Origin: the human T2T-CHM13v2.0 reference genome, Homo sapiens
NCBI RefSeq assembly: GCF_009914755.1
Contig: NC_060934.1
DNA: 64,000 bases
Direction: 5' to 3' (one strand)
The notes under the pieces were generated by a model that did no database searches, was not told where the DNA came from, and saw only the letters and a program-made list of their open reading frames with translations. This document shows positions 1 to 19,881 of this stretch, piece after piece. Position numbers and translations under genes: made by a program. The first letter of the stretch is position 1. Each line of letters begins with the position of its first letter.

Positions 1-562
1 GGAGAATCGCTTGAACCCGGGAGGCGGAGGTTGCAATGAGCCAAGATCACGCCATTGCATTCCAGCCTAGGCACAAGAGCCAAACTCCATCTCAAAAAAA
101 CAAAAAACAAAACAAAACAAAAATCCTGCGTTCATGCTATCCTCCCACCTCAGCCTCCCAAAGTGCTTGGATTACAGGTATGAGCCACCTTGCCCCGCCT
201 TCAACCTGCTTTTAAATACTCCCCTGTCCTGTGTCTGTACTCTGCTTTCACCCAATCATGACACACAATAACAATTATCACCACCACCAAACCCTTCATC
301 TATTTGTGTCCCTTTCCAATTTCCCTACTTACCCTGTTCCTGGGTTGAACTGAATCACCTTACCCTTTTGCCACATTGGTTCAAACAGCAAAAATAATGG
401 TGGCCATGAGAATAATTATGCTCCCCTTCTACTCATTACCCCTCCTGTCCCCAAGACTGTATCCAAGGGTCCCAAGGTAGGGAGAATGTACGGCTATAGA
501 AGGCTGGATTTAAGGCTCAGATTGAAGGATCCTGGCTGGGGAAAAGGGGTTCAGGCACTCAC

Positions 563-1077
563 TGGCTTGCTTGGCCTTCTGGGTGTAGGTGGTAGTAAGA
601 TCTTCTGCCACTGGGTGGGGAACAGGCCCCACCATAGGGATGAGATGAGGACCAGGTCGGAGGGGGCCATGGGGTAACAGCAGAGCCTCAGCTGGGGGTG
701 GCTGAAGGGCTGCCCCATCCTCCCAAGACGGGGAGCTCACACGGCTGTCACCCTGGCTGGGAGGGCCAGGGATAGTAGGTGCTGGCTCTGCAGGGCTGTC
801 AGACAGGTAGACCTCATCAGGTGGGGCACCCGGAGGGGTGGGCCTTGTGGGGCCTCGGCGGCGAGGTCGACGGGGCTTCTCCTGGGTGGCAGGGCCATCA
901 GCATCACTGTCAGTCTCTCCGTAGTAAGCCTCACTATCAGGAGGTGAACGAAGGCTCCCAGGCTGAAGAGGCTGAGGAACTGGAGCACCAGGGGGCTCAG
1001 GACTTAGTGGAGATAAGGGTGACAGCACCTGAAGCTCATGGGGAGATGGAGATTGCACAGGACCCTCGTCTGCTAAC
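563..1077 (-). CDS. SYNPO2L: SYNPO2L (synaptopodin-2-like/CHAP) coding exon 3, 515 nt, Pro-rich region (R)LADEGPVQSPSPHELQVL...YTQKAKQA
   Basis: Part of ORF 510..1058(-). Acceptor CAG at 1080-1078, donor GTGAGT from 562. Phase continues from exon 2 and ends in phase 1. The large exon 4 lies left of the window. Confidence 0.95.
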
Positions 1078-1552
1078 CTGGATAGGAAAGATGACAGAGC
1101 TTGAGAGATGGGCTGGGTACTGACAGCTAGAGAGATCTGGAAGGGATGGAGGGAAGAGGTAAGGGGGAGGGAAGAGGTAAGGGAGAGAGAAGGCTGTCAT
1201 ACAGTTGGAATGGGTGGGCCGGGAAGAGTGGAGATATGAAGACAAACTGGGAGGCAAATGTGCTTGAAGGGCTGTGAGTGGAAATAGGCTTAGAGGAAGA
1301 TGTAATGAGGAGGAAACAGGCCAGGGGTTGAAGTAGGCTCATCAGTCAAATACCCACTGACATCCCCATCCCTTAATTGCAGATACATTCAAGCCCTCTG
1401 GGAGGCAGACACAAACCATCTGCACTCCAGCAGAAACGCACGAGCAGAAATAGGTACCTGTTAGTTGCTAAAGCCAGGCCAGTGAGACATAGAGCTGAGA
1501 CAGGCAATGGGAGCCCTGGATTAGGGGAAGAGAAGAGGAGAGAGGTCCATAC

Positions 1553-1704
1553 CGCTGCACAGTGAGGACAAGCTGATTTCCTGAGGCATCGATGAGGCTC
1601 ATGGCACTGGCATGGGAGAGGTTGGTGCAAGAGACCCCATTGATTGCCAAGAGCTGGTCCCTCTCTCGGAGTCCTGCTCTGCCAGCCTGGCTCCGTCTTC
1701 GAAT
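1553..1704 (-). CDS. SYNPO2L: SYNPO2L coding exon 2, 152 nt, C-terminal half of the PDZ domain (IRRRSQAGRAGLRERDQLLAINGVSCTNLSHASAMSLIDASGNQLVLTVQR)
   Basis: PDZ-type sequence within ORF 1468..1785(-). AG at 1706-1705, GT at 1552-1551. Confidence 0.96.
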
Positions 1705-1985
1705 CTGAGATGTTGAAGGAGACACTGTAGGTAAGAGGGGGCTCCAAAGGGAATAGAATGAAAGGAAAAGATGGGAAGGACCCACAGGAGGGGATTTTAC
1801 TTTGCAGGGTAAGAAGGGTGGGGAGATGCATGGAAGTGGCTGCAGTTGAAGTGGCCTGTCTAGAGGGAAGAAAGTATACAGACTGGAGAAAGAAATACAT
1901 CATATGGTGGGAAATAGGGTAACCATTGAATGAAAGAGGCTTGGGAAGAACTGCATGGGGTAGGTAACTAGAAATGGTGGTTATT

Positions 1986-2400
<415 letters not shown>

Positions 2401-3241
2401 TTAGAACAGTACTCCAGGTTGGAGGGAGTCCAGCGGTATTCTGGGAGATTGTGATTATTTGGGTATATGTGTGCCATGTATACACACAAATGTATATATG
2501 CCAAAGTAATAATAGTAGTAGTGGCTACCATTTATTGAGTTCTTACTAAGTGTTGGGCACTGTGCTACATGTATTATTGCATTTAATCCTTAGAATGGTT
2601 CCATGAAGTAGGTACAGGTACTATTATTACCCACATTTTACAGTTCGGAAAACTAAGCCTGTAGGGTGAAACCAAAAGGATAATGACTTCATCTGTGAGG
2701 CCAGATCTTGCCATAACCCTCCTAGCACCTAAAAAAGTCTTGCCTAGTGAGAGAAAGGATCTGACCTAGGGAAAGAGCACTGAAGGCATGGGCAGGGCAG
2801 GGTGAGGCAGGGTAGGGCTGGGCTGGGCTAGGCTGTTCGAGGCAGTTTCAGTTCATCACATATCAGTTTAGTCAGAGAGAAATTAGAACCTTCCCCGTAT
2901 TTCTGGAGTTTGGAGTAGAGGCACATACCCAAGAGAACAAACACTGGATGACCAGAGCTGGGCCTCTGATACCACAGTGCTGCAGGGAACTGAAGCAGAG
3001 CCTTTCCTTTTCCTCTGCTCCCTGGAAACCGCGAATTCTCTTTTCTAATAGACCCCCACAGGAAGCCTGTGGTCAGACGCTACTCCCACTATGAGACTTG
3101 AGCATACTTCCCTGCCCACCACCCACCCCATCTTCACAGCCTCCCACCCCCCCAACCCCCGCCATATGCCACCACACATCTCTTCCCAGGATCCCTTGGG
3201 TTCCCTTTCCCTGAAGCCTCATTTCAGGGGCTCTCCCTTAC

Positions 3242-3346
3242 CTTAGACACCTGTAACGGTTTCCTCTGCTCGGCCCCCCCATGAAGTCGGAAGCCCCAGG
3301 GGGCTCCCCCTGATAGTGTGACCAGCACCTCCTCCTCAGCACCCAT
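3242..3346 (-). CDS. SYNPO2L: SYNPO2L coding exon 1, 105 nt (MGAEEEVLVTLSGGAPWGFRLHGGAEQRKPLQVSK), PDZ N-terminus
   Basis: Manual translation from ATG at 3346. Contains the PWGFRL PDZ carboxylate-binding loop. Donor GTAAG from 3241, phase 0 into exon 2. Confidence 0.96.
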
Positions 3347-3519
3347 CGCTCAGCTTGGCCTATGGCCCCCGGAGTTTGAACAGTGTCCCCAGGAGAGAAG
3401 TTGAGGTGCTCGAACCCCGTCTGGGCTTCCTGTCCGGCTGTCCTGCTCCTGCTGCCCCAGGCCTCCCCCCCACACCACACACCACAGGCAGGCAACTTGG
3501 CCCTGGGATCATTACAGTC

Positions 3520-3620
3520 CAGCACACATGTCCCGTCAATCGCAGATGTGCTCAAAATAGATGCCGCTTGTACTCCCCTCCCTCCCCCTTCTGTGTTACT
3601 CCTAGAGCTAATTATAGTAC
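3520..3620. promoter_or_regulatory. SYNPO2L proximal promoter with muscle-type motifs: MEF2 consensus CTAATTATAG (3608-3617), near-MEF2 CTCAAAATAG (3551-3560), E-boxes CACATG and CAGATG
   Basis: Motifs read directly, 180-270 nt upstream of the ATG of a striated-muscle gene. Function is inferred. Confidence 0.55.
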
Positions 3621-3897
3621 AAACTTCTGCCCTCCATGTTCCCAATTCTCCTGCATGGGCCTTTTATTCAGGACTCAGAATACAAACTCTCTGGGCTCTA
3701 TAACCAATGTACACCCTTTCAGGAACTGTGCCTTCTCTAATAGGACCATGGGCTAATCTCAACTGCTTTCCTCCAAAGACCCTTTCAAAGTGGCAGCAGC
3801 AGGGGCTTCAATTCCATAGCTGGCAAAGAATGGCTGGGCTTGCTCCAAGATCCCAGGAAAGAATGCACTCTCGCTATATAAATTTATCTGTTAATTA

Positions 3898-7010
<3,113 letters not shown>

Positions 7011-7780
7011 TTAACCAGTCCCTTTTGGTGCCCATCTAGGTACAGGTCTCATTTTTCGAGCTAAAGTATCTATAATACACTGGAAGTAATAGATGTCACC
7101 TCCATATTGTATGCCAAACCTAATAAGCAGAGCAAAACTTTTCATCCAAGTGATTTGATTAACATTTTAGGATGTTTCTAATCTCTCAATAATACAAATA
7201 TGCTACAATAGATCTGTGTGTTTATCCTTTGGGCACCTGTGTGTGCCTGTGCACACCTGGAGAATAAAGTCCTGTGAGAGGAACCGCCATCCAAAGAGGG
7301 TGTTTCAGTCTGTACTGCCACCAACAATGTGCTCGTGCCTCTGAGCTTGCGTTTGGATCAGGAGAATTTGAAAGTCATCAGGAACCAAACCAGGATACAA
7401 GGTCCAGCTGTAGCTGGAAAGTGGCAAACGTTCCAAAGCTAAGACATTGGCTATTTCTGGGCTGTTCACAAACTGTGAGGCCAATTCCAGATGAGATCCA
7501 GAGAAAGGGTGAGCAGCTCACTTATTTTTTAAGCAAAACACATTTTCTTCTCATTTCTTCTAAGAACAAATGGCTTCCAGCAAGAGAAAAAGGGGATGCA
7601 ACATTTTTACAAATTATTTCTTTTTTTATTAAAAAAATTTTAAGTTAAATGCTAAAGATATGTTTAACCTCTCTGATACTGACTTGCTCATGAGAAGAAA
7701 GAGAGAGGGCCAGGCATCTTGCCCACTACTACCCACTATCAACACTTAGGCCTGACATCAGTCTCTCAATTAATATTCTG

Positions 7781-8395
<615 letters not shown>

Positions 8396-8992
8396 CTAGG
8401 ATGATTGAGCAGTGACTCAGTCTCTCCTTGACCAGATTCTGTAACTGTCCAGCAGAAATGCTTATCTGATCTCTGTGAGAACAGGAAGCAGCTCAGTGGG
8501 GGCCTTCCTTGCTAAATTCTTCATCAAGCTGGTCTGTTATCTGCCCTGAGTCCTGCAAGAACATCTCAAGAAAAATACCAAAAACATGCAAGACAAATGA
8601 GGGTCCTTCTTTAGTGTGTTCTTGAAGCACTGAGGTGCCTGAAAGTTATATATAGTTTCTGGGGAAACAGTTTTTTAGGAAATGTAGCACAGATACTAAC
8701 TATTCTTCCAGAAGAGCCCCTTCCTGACGTGAAAGATCTTAGTGTGAGAGAGAAGCATCTGATTCATCATGGGGACCTATCCAACCAGCAGCAGAGACCC
8801 CAGTGCCAGTGTCCACCTCAGCAGAGGAGACGCGGGGGAAATGCAAAGTGTTTCTGTTGCAAAATACTTCACCTAGGGTGACTATAGTTAGCAGCAATGT
8901 ATTGTATATTTCAAAGTAGCTAGAAGGCTAGGGGCAGTATCCCATGCCTATAATCTCAGCATTTTGGGAGGCCCAGGCAGGCAGATAGATTA

Positions 8993-9340
<348 letters not shown>

Positions 9341-9833
9341 TCACCACACATTCTGTGCATGTAAGAAATGCTCAAATGTACTCCATAAATATGTAAAATG
9401 TTTTATATCAACAAGAAAATACCTTGCCTAGTGTTTCCATCCAAATGGGAATAAATCCAGGGCTTGATGTACACATTTCACCCATGAGGGCATGGGTCCC
9501 TGAAGCCCCTTGGCCCTGCCTGGCCTGGAATGGCAATGAGCAGGCCATCTTGCCAGCTGAGACATGAAGCCCAGGCTGGGCCTCTGTGCCAGGTCACACC
9601 CCTCTCAGGATGTGCTAGCGCCTGCCTCAGGTTGGTTTCCAAAGCCTCATCCAGTAAAACCAGGTCTCTCAAAGCAATTCCTCCAACAAAAGGGAATTCT
9701 CTGCCTACTTCAGAGTTTTTTAAAGTGTGGGTGGTAGCATGCTAGAACTGAAAGATTTCAGAGTCAGAAGAAACGGTTCTTATTCTAACTGTACCTTCCA
9801 CCTCTTGGTTCCCTCATCTTTAGAATGGGAATC

Positions 9834-10171
9834 TGTTGGGGTGATGAGACCCAACACCAGGTCGCGGGGGCGGCAAGTCCAGTGGAGTCAAAGGAATGAG
9901 AAAGAGACAGTTTGAGAGAGAAAATGGGAGCGGGGCGCCATCGCGAGTGTGGAGGCTGCGAAGGCCCCGAGTTCTGGGAGCCCACGCTAGTTATTGGTGA
10001 TCTAACAAAGAAACAGGTGGTGAGGATGTGGCGGTTGAAAGGAAACGGTGTATCAAGTGAATGAGAAACATATGGCTACTTGAGAGAATGGGAGTGCTAG
10101 AAGCAAGGAGCCAGCAAGTCTAGCAAGCCCTGCCTCAGCTTCTCTCCCAACACTCAGCTTTTCTCCCAACA
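9834..10171 (-). mobile_element. Solo LTR of the LTR14/LTR14A (HERV-K14/HERV-K(C4)-related) family, 338 bp
   Basis: TG...CA termini. Minus strand begins TGTTGGGAGAAAAGCTGAGTGTTGGGAGAGAAGCTGAGGCAGGGCTTGC. Perfect 6-bp TSD GGAATC at 9828-9833 and 10172-10177. Confidence 0.85.
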
Positions 10172-10898
10172 GGAATCATACAAAACTCAGAGGCTAGTGA
10201 AATGTTAAAGCAGGTGGTCCACACCAGCTGCAGAGTCACAAACAAAATACGTGTCTGCTGCCATTTAGAAAGAGGACACAAACTCAGGCAAGACTGTTTT
10301 TCACACGATGACCCATGAGTGGCGCCTGGCTGGGCCTCCCCACACATAGCTGCTGACCTCTGAATACAACATACACTTCGGGACCAGGTGCAGTGGTTCA
10401 CGCCTGTAATCCCAGCACTTTGGGAGGCCAAGAGGAATGAATCACTTGAGGTCAGGAGTTTGAGACCAGCCTGGCCAACATGGCGAAACCCCGTCTCTGC
10501 TAAAAATACAAAAATTAGTCGGGCGTGGTGGTGGGTGCCTGTAATCCCAGCCACTCAGGAGGCTGAGGCATGAGAATCACTTGAACCGAGGAGGCAGAGG
10601 TTACAGTGAGCCGAGATCGCACCACTACACTCCAGCCTGGGTGCCAGAGCAAGACTCCATTTCAAATAAAAATAAAAATAAAAATAAAAATGCTTTAGGG
10701 GACTCGGATGAAATTGAAAATGCCCTTTTTGACTTTGAACAGACTTGGTGACTTGTTAAGAAATCTTTGAAGCTTTAAAGTTATGGTAAAAATAAAAATC
10801 CATCTTCCTTTTCCTGCATAAGTTATTCAGAATAGGCTGTTTTGACAAGAAAGGCTCCCCAGATTTCCAGAGGGAAGGGTCCAAGCTGCCAGTGTTCA

Positions 10899-11207
<309 letters not shown>

Positions 11208-11236
11208 CTAGGAGGCTGAGGACTGGCCCAACATGC

Positions 11237-11321
11237 TTTTATAGCTGCCTCTGGTGCCTATCTAGGCTCTGGGGCAACAAGCCCTCGCCCCAGCCCAGTA
11301 GGAGGCTGGACAGGTGAGTCA
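11237..11321 (-). promoter_or_regulatory. FAM25-type core promoter: TATAAAA (11243-11237) and AP-1 site TGAGTCA (11315-11321)
   Basis: Canonical TATA box 54 nt upstream of the FAM25-like ATG, with an AP-1 consensus about 75 nt further upstream. Confidence 0.65.
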
Positions 11322-14300
11322 GCGAGGGCGGCAGCAGGAAGGGGCTGGGCGGAGCCACCCTGGCACTGGGGTGGCAGCATCCCCTGACAGCATGAAGCTT
11401 CTATAACCCTGTCCTAGGGACCCCGTGAAGGATAGGGGCAGGGAGCAGGGCTGGACAGGAGAGATCTGGACATGCCTCTTCCTTGAGGCAGAGGGCCTGA
11501 GTGCCAGCCCCCCTGAGACCAAAGCTTCCCAAGCCTGGGTACTGATATGTACCTGGAGACAAGGCCTAGGATTCCAAGCCTGCTGCTCAAGGTCCCCAGT
11601 GTGGCCTAGTAAGAGGTTTGGGGGTTCTATGGGCCTGGAGACCTAGGCAGTCCTTTGGGTCATGAACACAAGTGGAGTGAGGGTGACTGCCCTCCCCATT
11701 CCTGGAGACCCTGGCTCTGCAGAGCAGTTTGCGGCCTCCATGGGACAGCGTGGGGTGTTCAGGGTGGTGCCTTGCCCGAGTCAGAGGGGGGCACAGCACT
11801 GGGCAGAAGCGTAGTCACCAGGCGTCGCTCAGCTGATGCTCACTCACCCAAGAGTGTCTGTGAGGTCAGCGGTGCCCTCCTATCCCCTGGCAGTCCTGGA
11901 GGAGTAGACAGAGGCCTCCACCACCACTCAGGGAGATGCTTCTGGCCTTAGCTAGAATCCCCTAGAAAGCAGCTTCCCCGGCTCCTGGTGCATCGCATGA
12001 GGAGTGGCAGGGCTGCTCCCTAGTTACTCATGATGGACAGACGTGCCTCAAGCCCCCTGCCACATGCTGCTTCCCTTAGTCACCAGCCCAACCTGAGCCT
12101 CCGTTTCCTCATCTGTAAAATGGGGATAGCCTGCCTTCCTGGCTGTGTCACTAATCGTCCCTGAGACAAAGCATGCAAGCTCCTGATAAACACCTGTTCC
12201 CTCCACTCATCACTGAGGTGCCCTTTGGCAGTGAGCTCTGACCAACCGGTAGGGTGTGCCAAGGAGTGACTGGGACTTGAGGCTGCCTTGGAGCCAGAGG
12301 GCTGGGGAATGTTACTTCCACTGGCCAGGAGCCAAGGAGAGGTCTTCCCATGCTCCTACTTCTGGGGTGCAGGCCTGTGGCAGGGGTCTGAGGCTCTCTC
12401 CCCAATGCAGGCTCCTGGAGCTGCTCTCCTGGGTGTGTTGGGGCCTGATTAGTTTACTGGACTGTGGGCCCTCCCAGCCTGGGACTCGGGAGCTGAGACC
12501 CTCTTGCATTCCTGCATGGTGTTTGCGGGCTCCAGGGCTATGGCCAGTCCCCCTAGGGTGGACAGTGGGTATCGTGGGCAGCAGGACCTCTGGGTCTCAA
12601 GACTACGGCCCCACACATGCCATTGCTATCTCCTTTGGGCAGGGGTGAATTGGGGCTTAAACAATTTAGAGGGGCCCTCTTTATGAAAAAGAATACAATA
12701 ATATGATTCTTGCACATTTTTCATTTATATACGTATGAACTTCTGGACCCAGAAGGGGCTGTGAAAGTCGGGGGCCTGGAGCTCAGGCGGGTCCAGGTGA
12801 CCCTGTCCTACTTTTGTAACAGCCAGAGTCCAGGATGTTTTGCCCAGGGCATTGGGCTGGCACTGCAGAGGCCTGGGGGATGGGGGGACACCTGGGACAT
12901 GGCTGGTGGGAATTGTTTTAGGAAACCTCAGGGATTCTCCCTGGACCTGTCAAAGCCCCTTCCCTGTTTCTTCTGAGGCTGTGTGTTCCCCACTCGCACA
13001 AGGGTCCTTTCTATGCCTGTTCCGCTGATAAATGTCATCTGCCTGCTCTAGAATGGCTTCCAGACCCCACAGACCCCCTCCTCATGAGCTCCCACCCTAG
13101 GGTACTCTCCACCAGTCCCCGCTTTCAGGAGCTCACCAGACTCAGACAGCCTGTTGTCAGAGCTCAGCCACACAGCAGGACCCTGGCCCACTGCCCAGCC
13201 CAGAGCCAGGCCCACCACAGCCTCTGGGGACAACTGCCCTTCCCCCCACCCCCTCCACATGGTCCCCTGCCCATGAGACCCTGCCCTGCTAATTTAATGC
13301 ACTGCCTTGGTGTGAGCACTGATTCTAATGACAACATACCATGGCCTTCTGGGCAAGGCTGGGTCCAGACACAGATCCCAAATGCCTGCTGGGGAGAAGG
13401 CAAGAGGCCCGGGGAGGCCCAGGACCAGACATGGGTCCCAGGCCCTGGTGCCCTCCCTCTTGGCCTTCCAGCTGCTGCTGCTGTGACCAGATTCCCGTCC
13501 ACCCAGCCCAGTCCATGGGCCCCAGCAAGCCATCTGTGCCCCACAGAGGGCAGACCCCTAAGAGTGGGACCCCTTTCTAGCCAAAGAACATGAGATAGCC
13601 CCAAATCCTCCTAAACATGATGGATCCTGGTCTGAGGGGCTGGGCTCAGGTGACTCCTGCAGGGAACTTCACCTGCCTGGATGAGGTCAAGTGTGAATCA
13701 GGTGGGGCCTGCCCTCCACCACCCCATCATGGAAGAGGTCCAGCCCACAGTAGGCCCAAGAGGGCCGCCCTTGGACCTAGGGACCCAAGTCAGCATATCC
13801 TGAGTCAGAAGGTCAAGTCCAGCCTCCCCTCAGGCAGGGAGAATCTGGCTTTGACAGGAGCAGATAAATTCTCAAGGTGGAATTTGCCCAACAAACTAGT
13901 TTGGCAAGGGACTAGCTGGCTGAATCATTGAGTCAAGGACAGCCAACGTTTCCAATAGTAATTTGCCAACTTAGAAATGACCAATTCTGGAAAACAACTT
14001 GTTTATTTGAAATACTTAAATACTTAGGCTGTCTCATGTCTGAAGCATGATGATGCCTTGCATGCTTTAAAGGACAGACGTCATGAATGCCAAGACTTTT
14101 GTGGCGGTCCATCCTGCCAGTGTCTTCTCCCACTTTTGCTCTGTGGATTTGAGCTCACAGTTTGTGCTGTGCCCACCACCTGCCCACCCTAACGAGACTC
14201 CTGGAGACTTGGCTGGCCAGTCACCAGAGGAAGAGGGGCCCAGCAGCATGCCAGCATTCACCCACCTGTGGGTATCAGTCAGGCTCCTGGTGGAAGCCAG

Positions 14301-14747
14301 AGGACATATTCGAATGGGTATTTGAGGAAAGGGGCTGTTCACAGAAGTGTGGACAGAGTTAAGAGAACCAGTAAGAGATGAGGAATGTCCTGGACCAGCA
14401 AGAGTGGGAGCTGTTATCTCCCTGGGTCTAGGAAAGGTGTCCACAGATCCCAAAGAGAGCTGTGGCTGTAGAGGAGGATCATCAGGAGCTGCAGCCATCA
14501 GTAGAAAGATGTGGCCACTGCCAAACCAGCAAGGAAGAATCTGAGCAAATAACCACCTCTCCTCTCTCTCTCCCACCTCCTATGACATCCTCCACTGTTT
14601 GAATTCCACTAGGGCCAGACAGTGAGGCACCCTGGTGATGCAGTCCAAGAGGGAGTGGGCAGAGAGGAGCCAGTGGGTATGGAGGGGAAACAGAGAAACA
14701 GAATTCCAGCTCACTCTGTGGGATTTCTGGGTCTGATAGAAACATGG

Positions 14748-14778
<31 letters not shown>

Positions 14779-14782
14779 TTGA

Positions 14783-15205
<423 letters not shown>

Positions 15206-15929
15206 TAGGAAGCTGGGAAGCCACGTAAACCAAAAGCAGGAGACACCAGCAGAATCAACGCAGGAAGCCAGGGAAGTGCAGAAGAACAGGGCATGGGGGG
15301 CAACCCAGGGGGGAATCTTCACTGTTGCCAGCAACACACACTCCCAGCAGGAGAGGACCCTCAGAGTGAGAACGCAGAGCTGGAGAAGTGAAGAAGGAGC
15401 AGGTGGTGCCCGGGGAAGTCCAGGGGTGTGGGATCTGAGAGCACCCCTTCCCAAGAGAGGAAGGAACACTTGGGAAGGCAGGGCTGAGTCCCTGGAGGCT
15501 GTATCCGGGAAAGGAGGATGGCAGTAGAATCTTCCTGAAGCCGAGTGGGTTCTGAGAGGCAGAGGGGCAGTGGTACAGAGGTGAGGCTGACACTTCTGTG
15601 CAGGAAGGGCAGGCTCCTGAGGAAGGGAGCCCCGAATGCTCTCCACTAGATTCCCAGGGAGCCCCACTCCCTCCACAGGGACCTCGCGCTGACATCTGGG
15701 AAATGCCATTCATACTGGAACCTCCGACACACTGCCATGAATGTGAGGGTTTCGTGACTGATGGGGTAGGTTTCTCTCTTCCAACTTAATAGTATAATTT
15801 CCATTTATTCCTCCCCCAGCCTCCCTGAACATTCACCTCTTAGATAGCCACAGTACGGTGATCAGAACCAGGAAGTCCACATTCTCATATTTAACTATAT
15901 TAAAATTATTTCACAAAATAACCAATTTT

Positions 15930-16035
15930 ATTAATTTAATTAAATACATTTAAATAATGTTTAAATATATTTAAATGTTTAAATATATTTAAATAATGTT
16001 TAAATATATTTAAATAATTTAACTAATTTAAAATG
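15930..16035. repeat. AT-rich tandem array with three perfect 16-bp palindromes TTTAAATATATTTAAA
   Basis: Copies at 15960-15975, 15978-15993 and 15999-16014. Confidence 0.9.
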
Positions 16036-16531
16036 AACATATTCGCTAAACAAAAGACCTTATTGGAGTTTCACCACTTTTTCCACTAATGTCCTTTTTC
16101 TGTTCCCAAATTCCACCCAGGATCACGCTGCATTTAGTTATTTCTTAGTCTCTCGCCATTTTGTAGGACTGCAATAACAGTTCCTCAATCTTTCCTTATC
16201 TTTCATAACCGTGACATCTTGAACCAGTACTGATCACTATTTGTCAAATGTTCCTCGATTTGGGTTTGTCTGATGTATTTCCATGATTGGACTGAAGTTA
16301 CACACTTTTGGCAATTACAGCACAAAAATGATGTGGAATCCTTCCCAGTGCATTCCATCAGAGTTATGGCATTGATAGTTCTTCTTACTGATGATGTTGA
16401 ACTTGTTCATTTGGTTCAGGTTTCTGCTGGGTTTCTCCATTGTAAAGTTACTATCTTTCCCCCTCATAGGGGGAAAGATCTTAGGAGAAATACTTGGAAA
16501 CTATGAAAATTTTGTATTTTCTCAAACTTTA

Positions 16532-18110
<1,579 letters not shown>

Positions 18111-18214
18111 TCCTGTGCTGAGCAGGTCTATATAAACCTACCCGCAAAGGCCAAGGAACCTGAGATACCAAAGAAAGAGGCTGACAAATCCAGTTTCTCA
18201 GAAAGAAACATTTA

Positions 18215-18710
<496 letters not shown>

Positions 18711-19513
18711 TTAATCAGAATATGGCAGATTAGCCTCCAAGATGGAATTGCTTTACTCTCATTCAAGGTTTCCCTCATTCTTCACTCTCCCCATGCTGGT
18801 CACCTTGCTGTTTGTTCCTCAAACACATATGAAATGCGTTTCTGTCTTGGCAGTCATCCTGCTACCTGTAATGTCAGCACTGCTTTCTGTTGTCCCTTCA
18901 GTCAGGTCATTGTTCAAATAGCTCTCTAGACAGGCTCTTCCTTATCATTCTACTTAAAATAGCCCCCAATCACTCTGTGTCCCTTTAGCCTGCTTCCTCT
19001 TCCTGCTATTTCATACTACCTGAAAAAATACTTGAACTTCCTAGAACATAAGCTCCTAAAAGCAAGAACTGGGCTCCACCTCTCCTCTCCTCTACCCCAG
19101 CACTCAGAAGAGCAACAGAGTCAGCATCCAGTGAGTGTTCATGAATCAAGTCACTGCTTGGCAGAATTCAGCACTGGGACCACAGCCTCGCCTGTCTTCA
19201 ACTCTTTCTCCTTCTGCTTTTCCTCCTCCCACTCTAGTAGCCACTCTTCTGGGGGCTTGTCCCTTAAATGATTAGTCCTTACCAACCTATTTTCTGTCCA
19301 CTTTATCTGTTTTTGAGAGAGGGTCTCACTCTGTTGCCCAGGCTGGAGTGCAGTGGCATGTATATGGGTCACTGCAGCCTCCACCTCCTGGGCTCAAGTG
19401 ATCTTCCTGCCTCAGCCTGCCATGCCATGTAACTGGGGCCACAGGCATGTGCCACCATGTCCAGCTAATTTCTTGATTTTTTTTTTTTTTTTTTGGTAGA
19501 AATGGGTCTCACT

Positions 19514-19881
19514 GGCCTGCAGAAATATGCATGTCCTCAGTGTTTGGACTGCCAGCTGCAAGGCAGAGCCAAACCCAATATGGCCCCATCATCCCTGGCT
19601 CAGCTGTGCTACCTGGCCATGCTGGAAGGGGTTTGATTTTCCAGGAATTTGCTTCACAGCTCTTTCCTGTCCCAAGATCTATGCCTGATGTGTAAATTCA
19701 GGACGCAAAAGGGCACAAAAAAGCAATAACTACTAAATATAAGGAAAACAACTCTGTATACAGCACATATAAAGAAAAGCAAGATATATTTGGGGAGATA
19801 AAAGTTGTAAAGGCATTAAGATGTGTGTTTGTTGAGAAAAAATAAATTTGTGCATTTAAGAAGTTAAAAAAAAAAAAAAAA
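19514..19881 (+). mobile_element. Orphan L1-mediated retro-insertion (not Alu, not L1, about 370 bp with AATAAA and poly(A)) inside an antisense Alu
   Basis: 16-bp TSD AGAAATGGGTCTCACT at 19498-19513 and 19882-19897. AATAAA at 19841-19846. Poly(A) from 19866. Confidence 0.85.
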
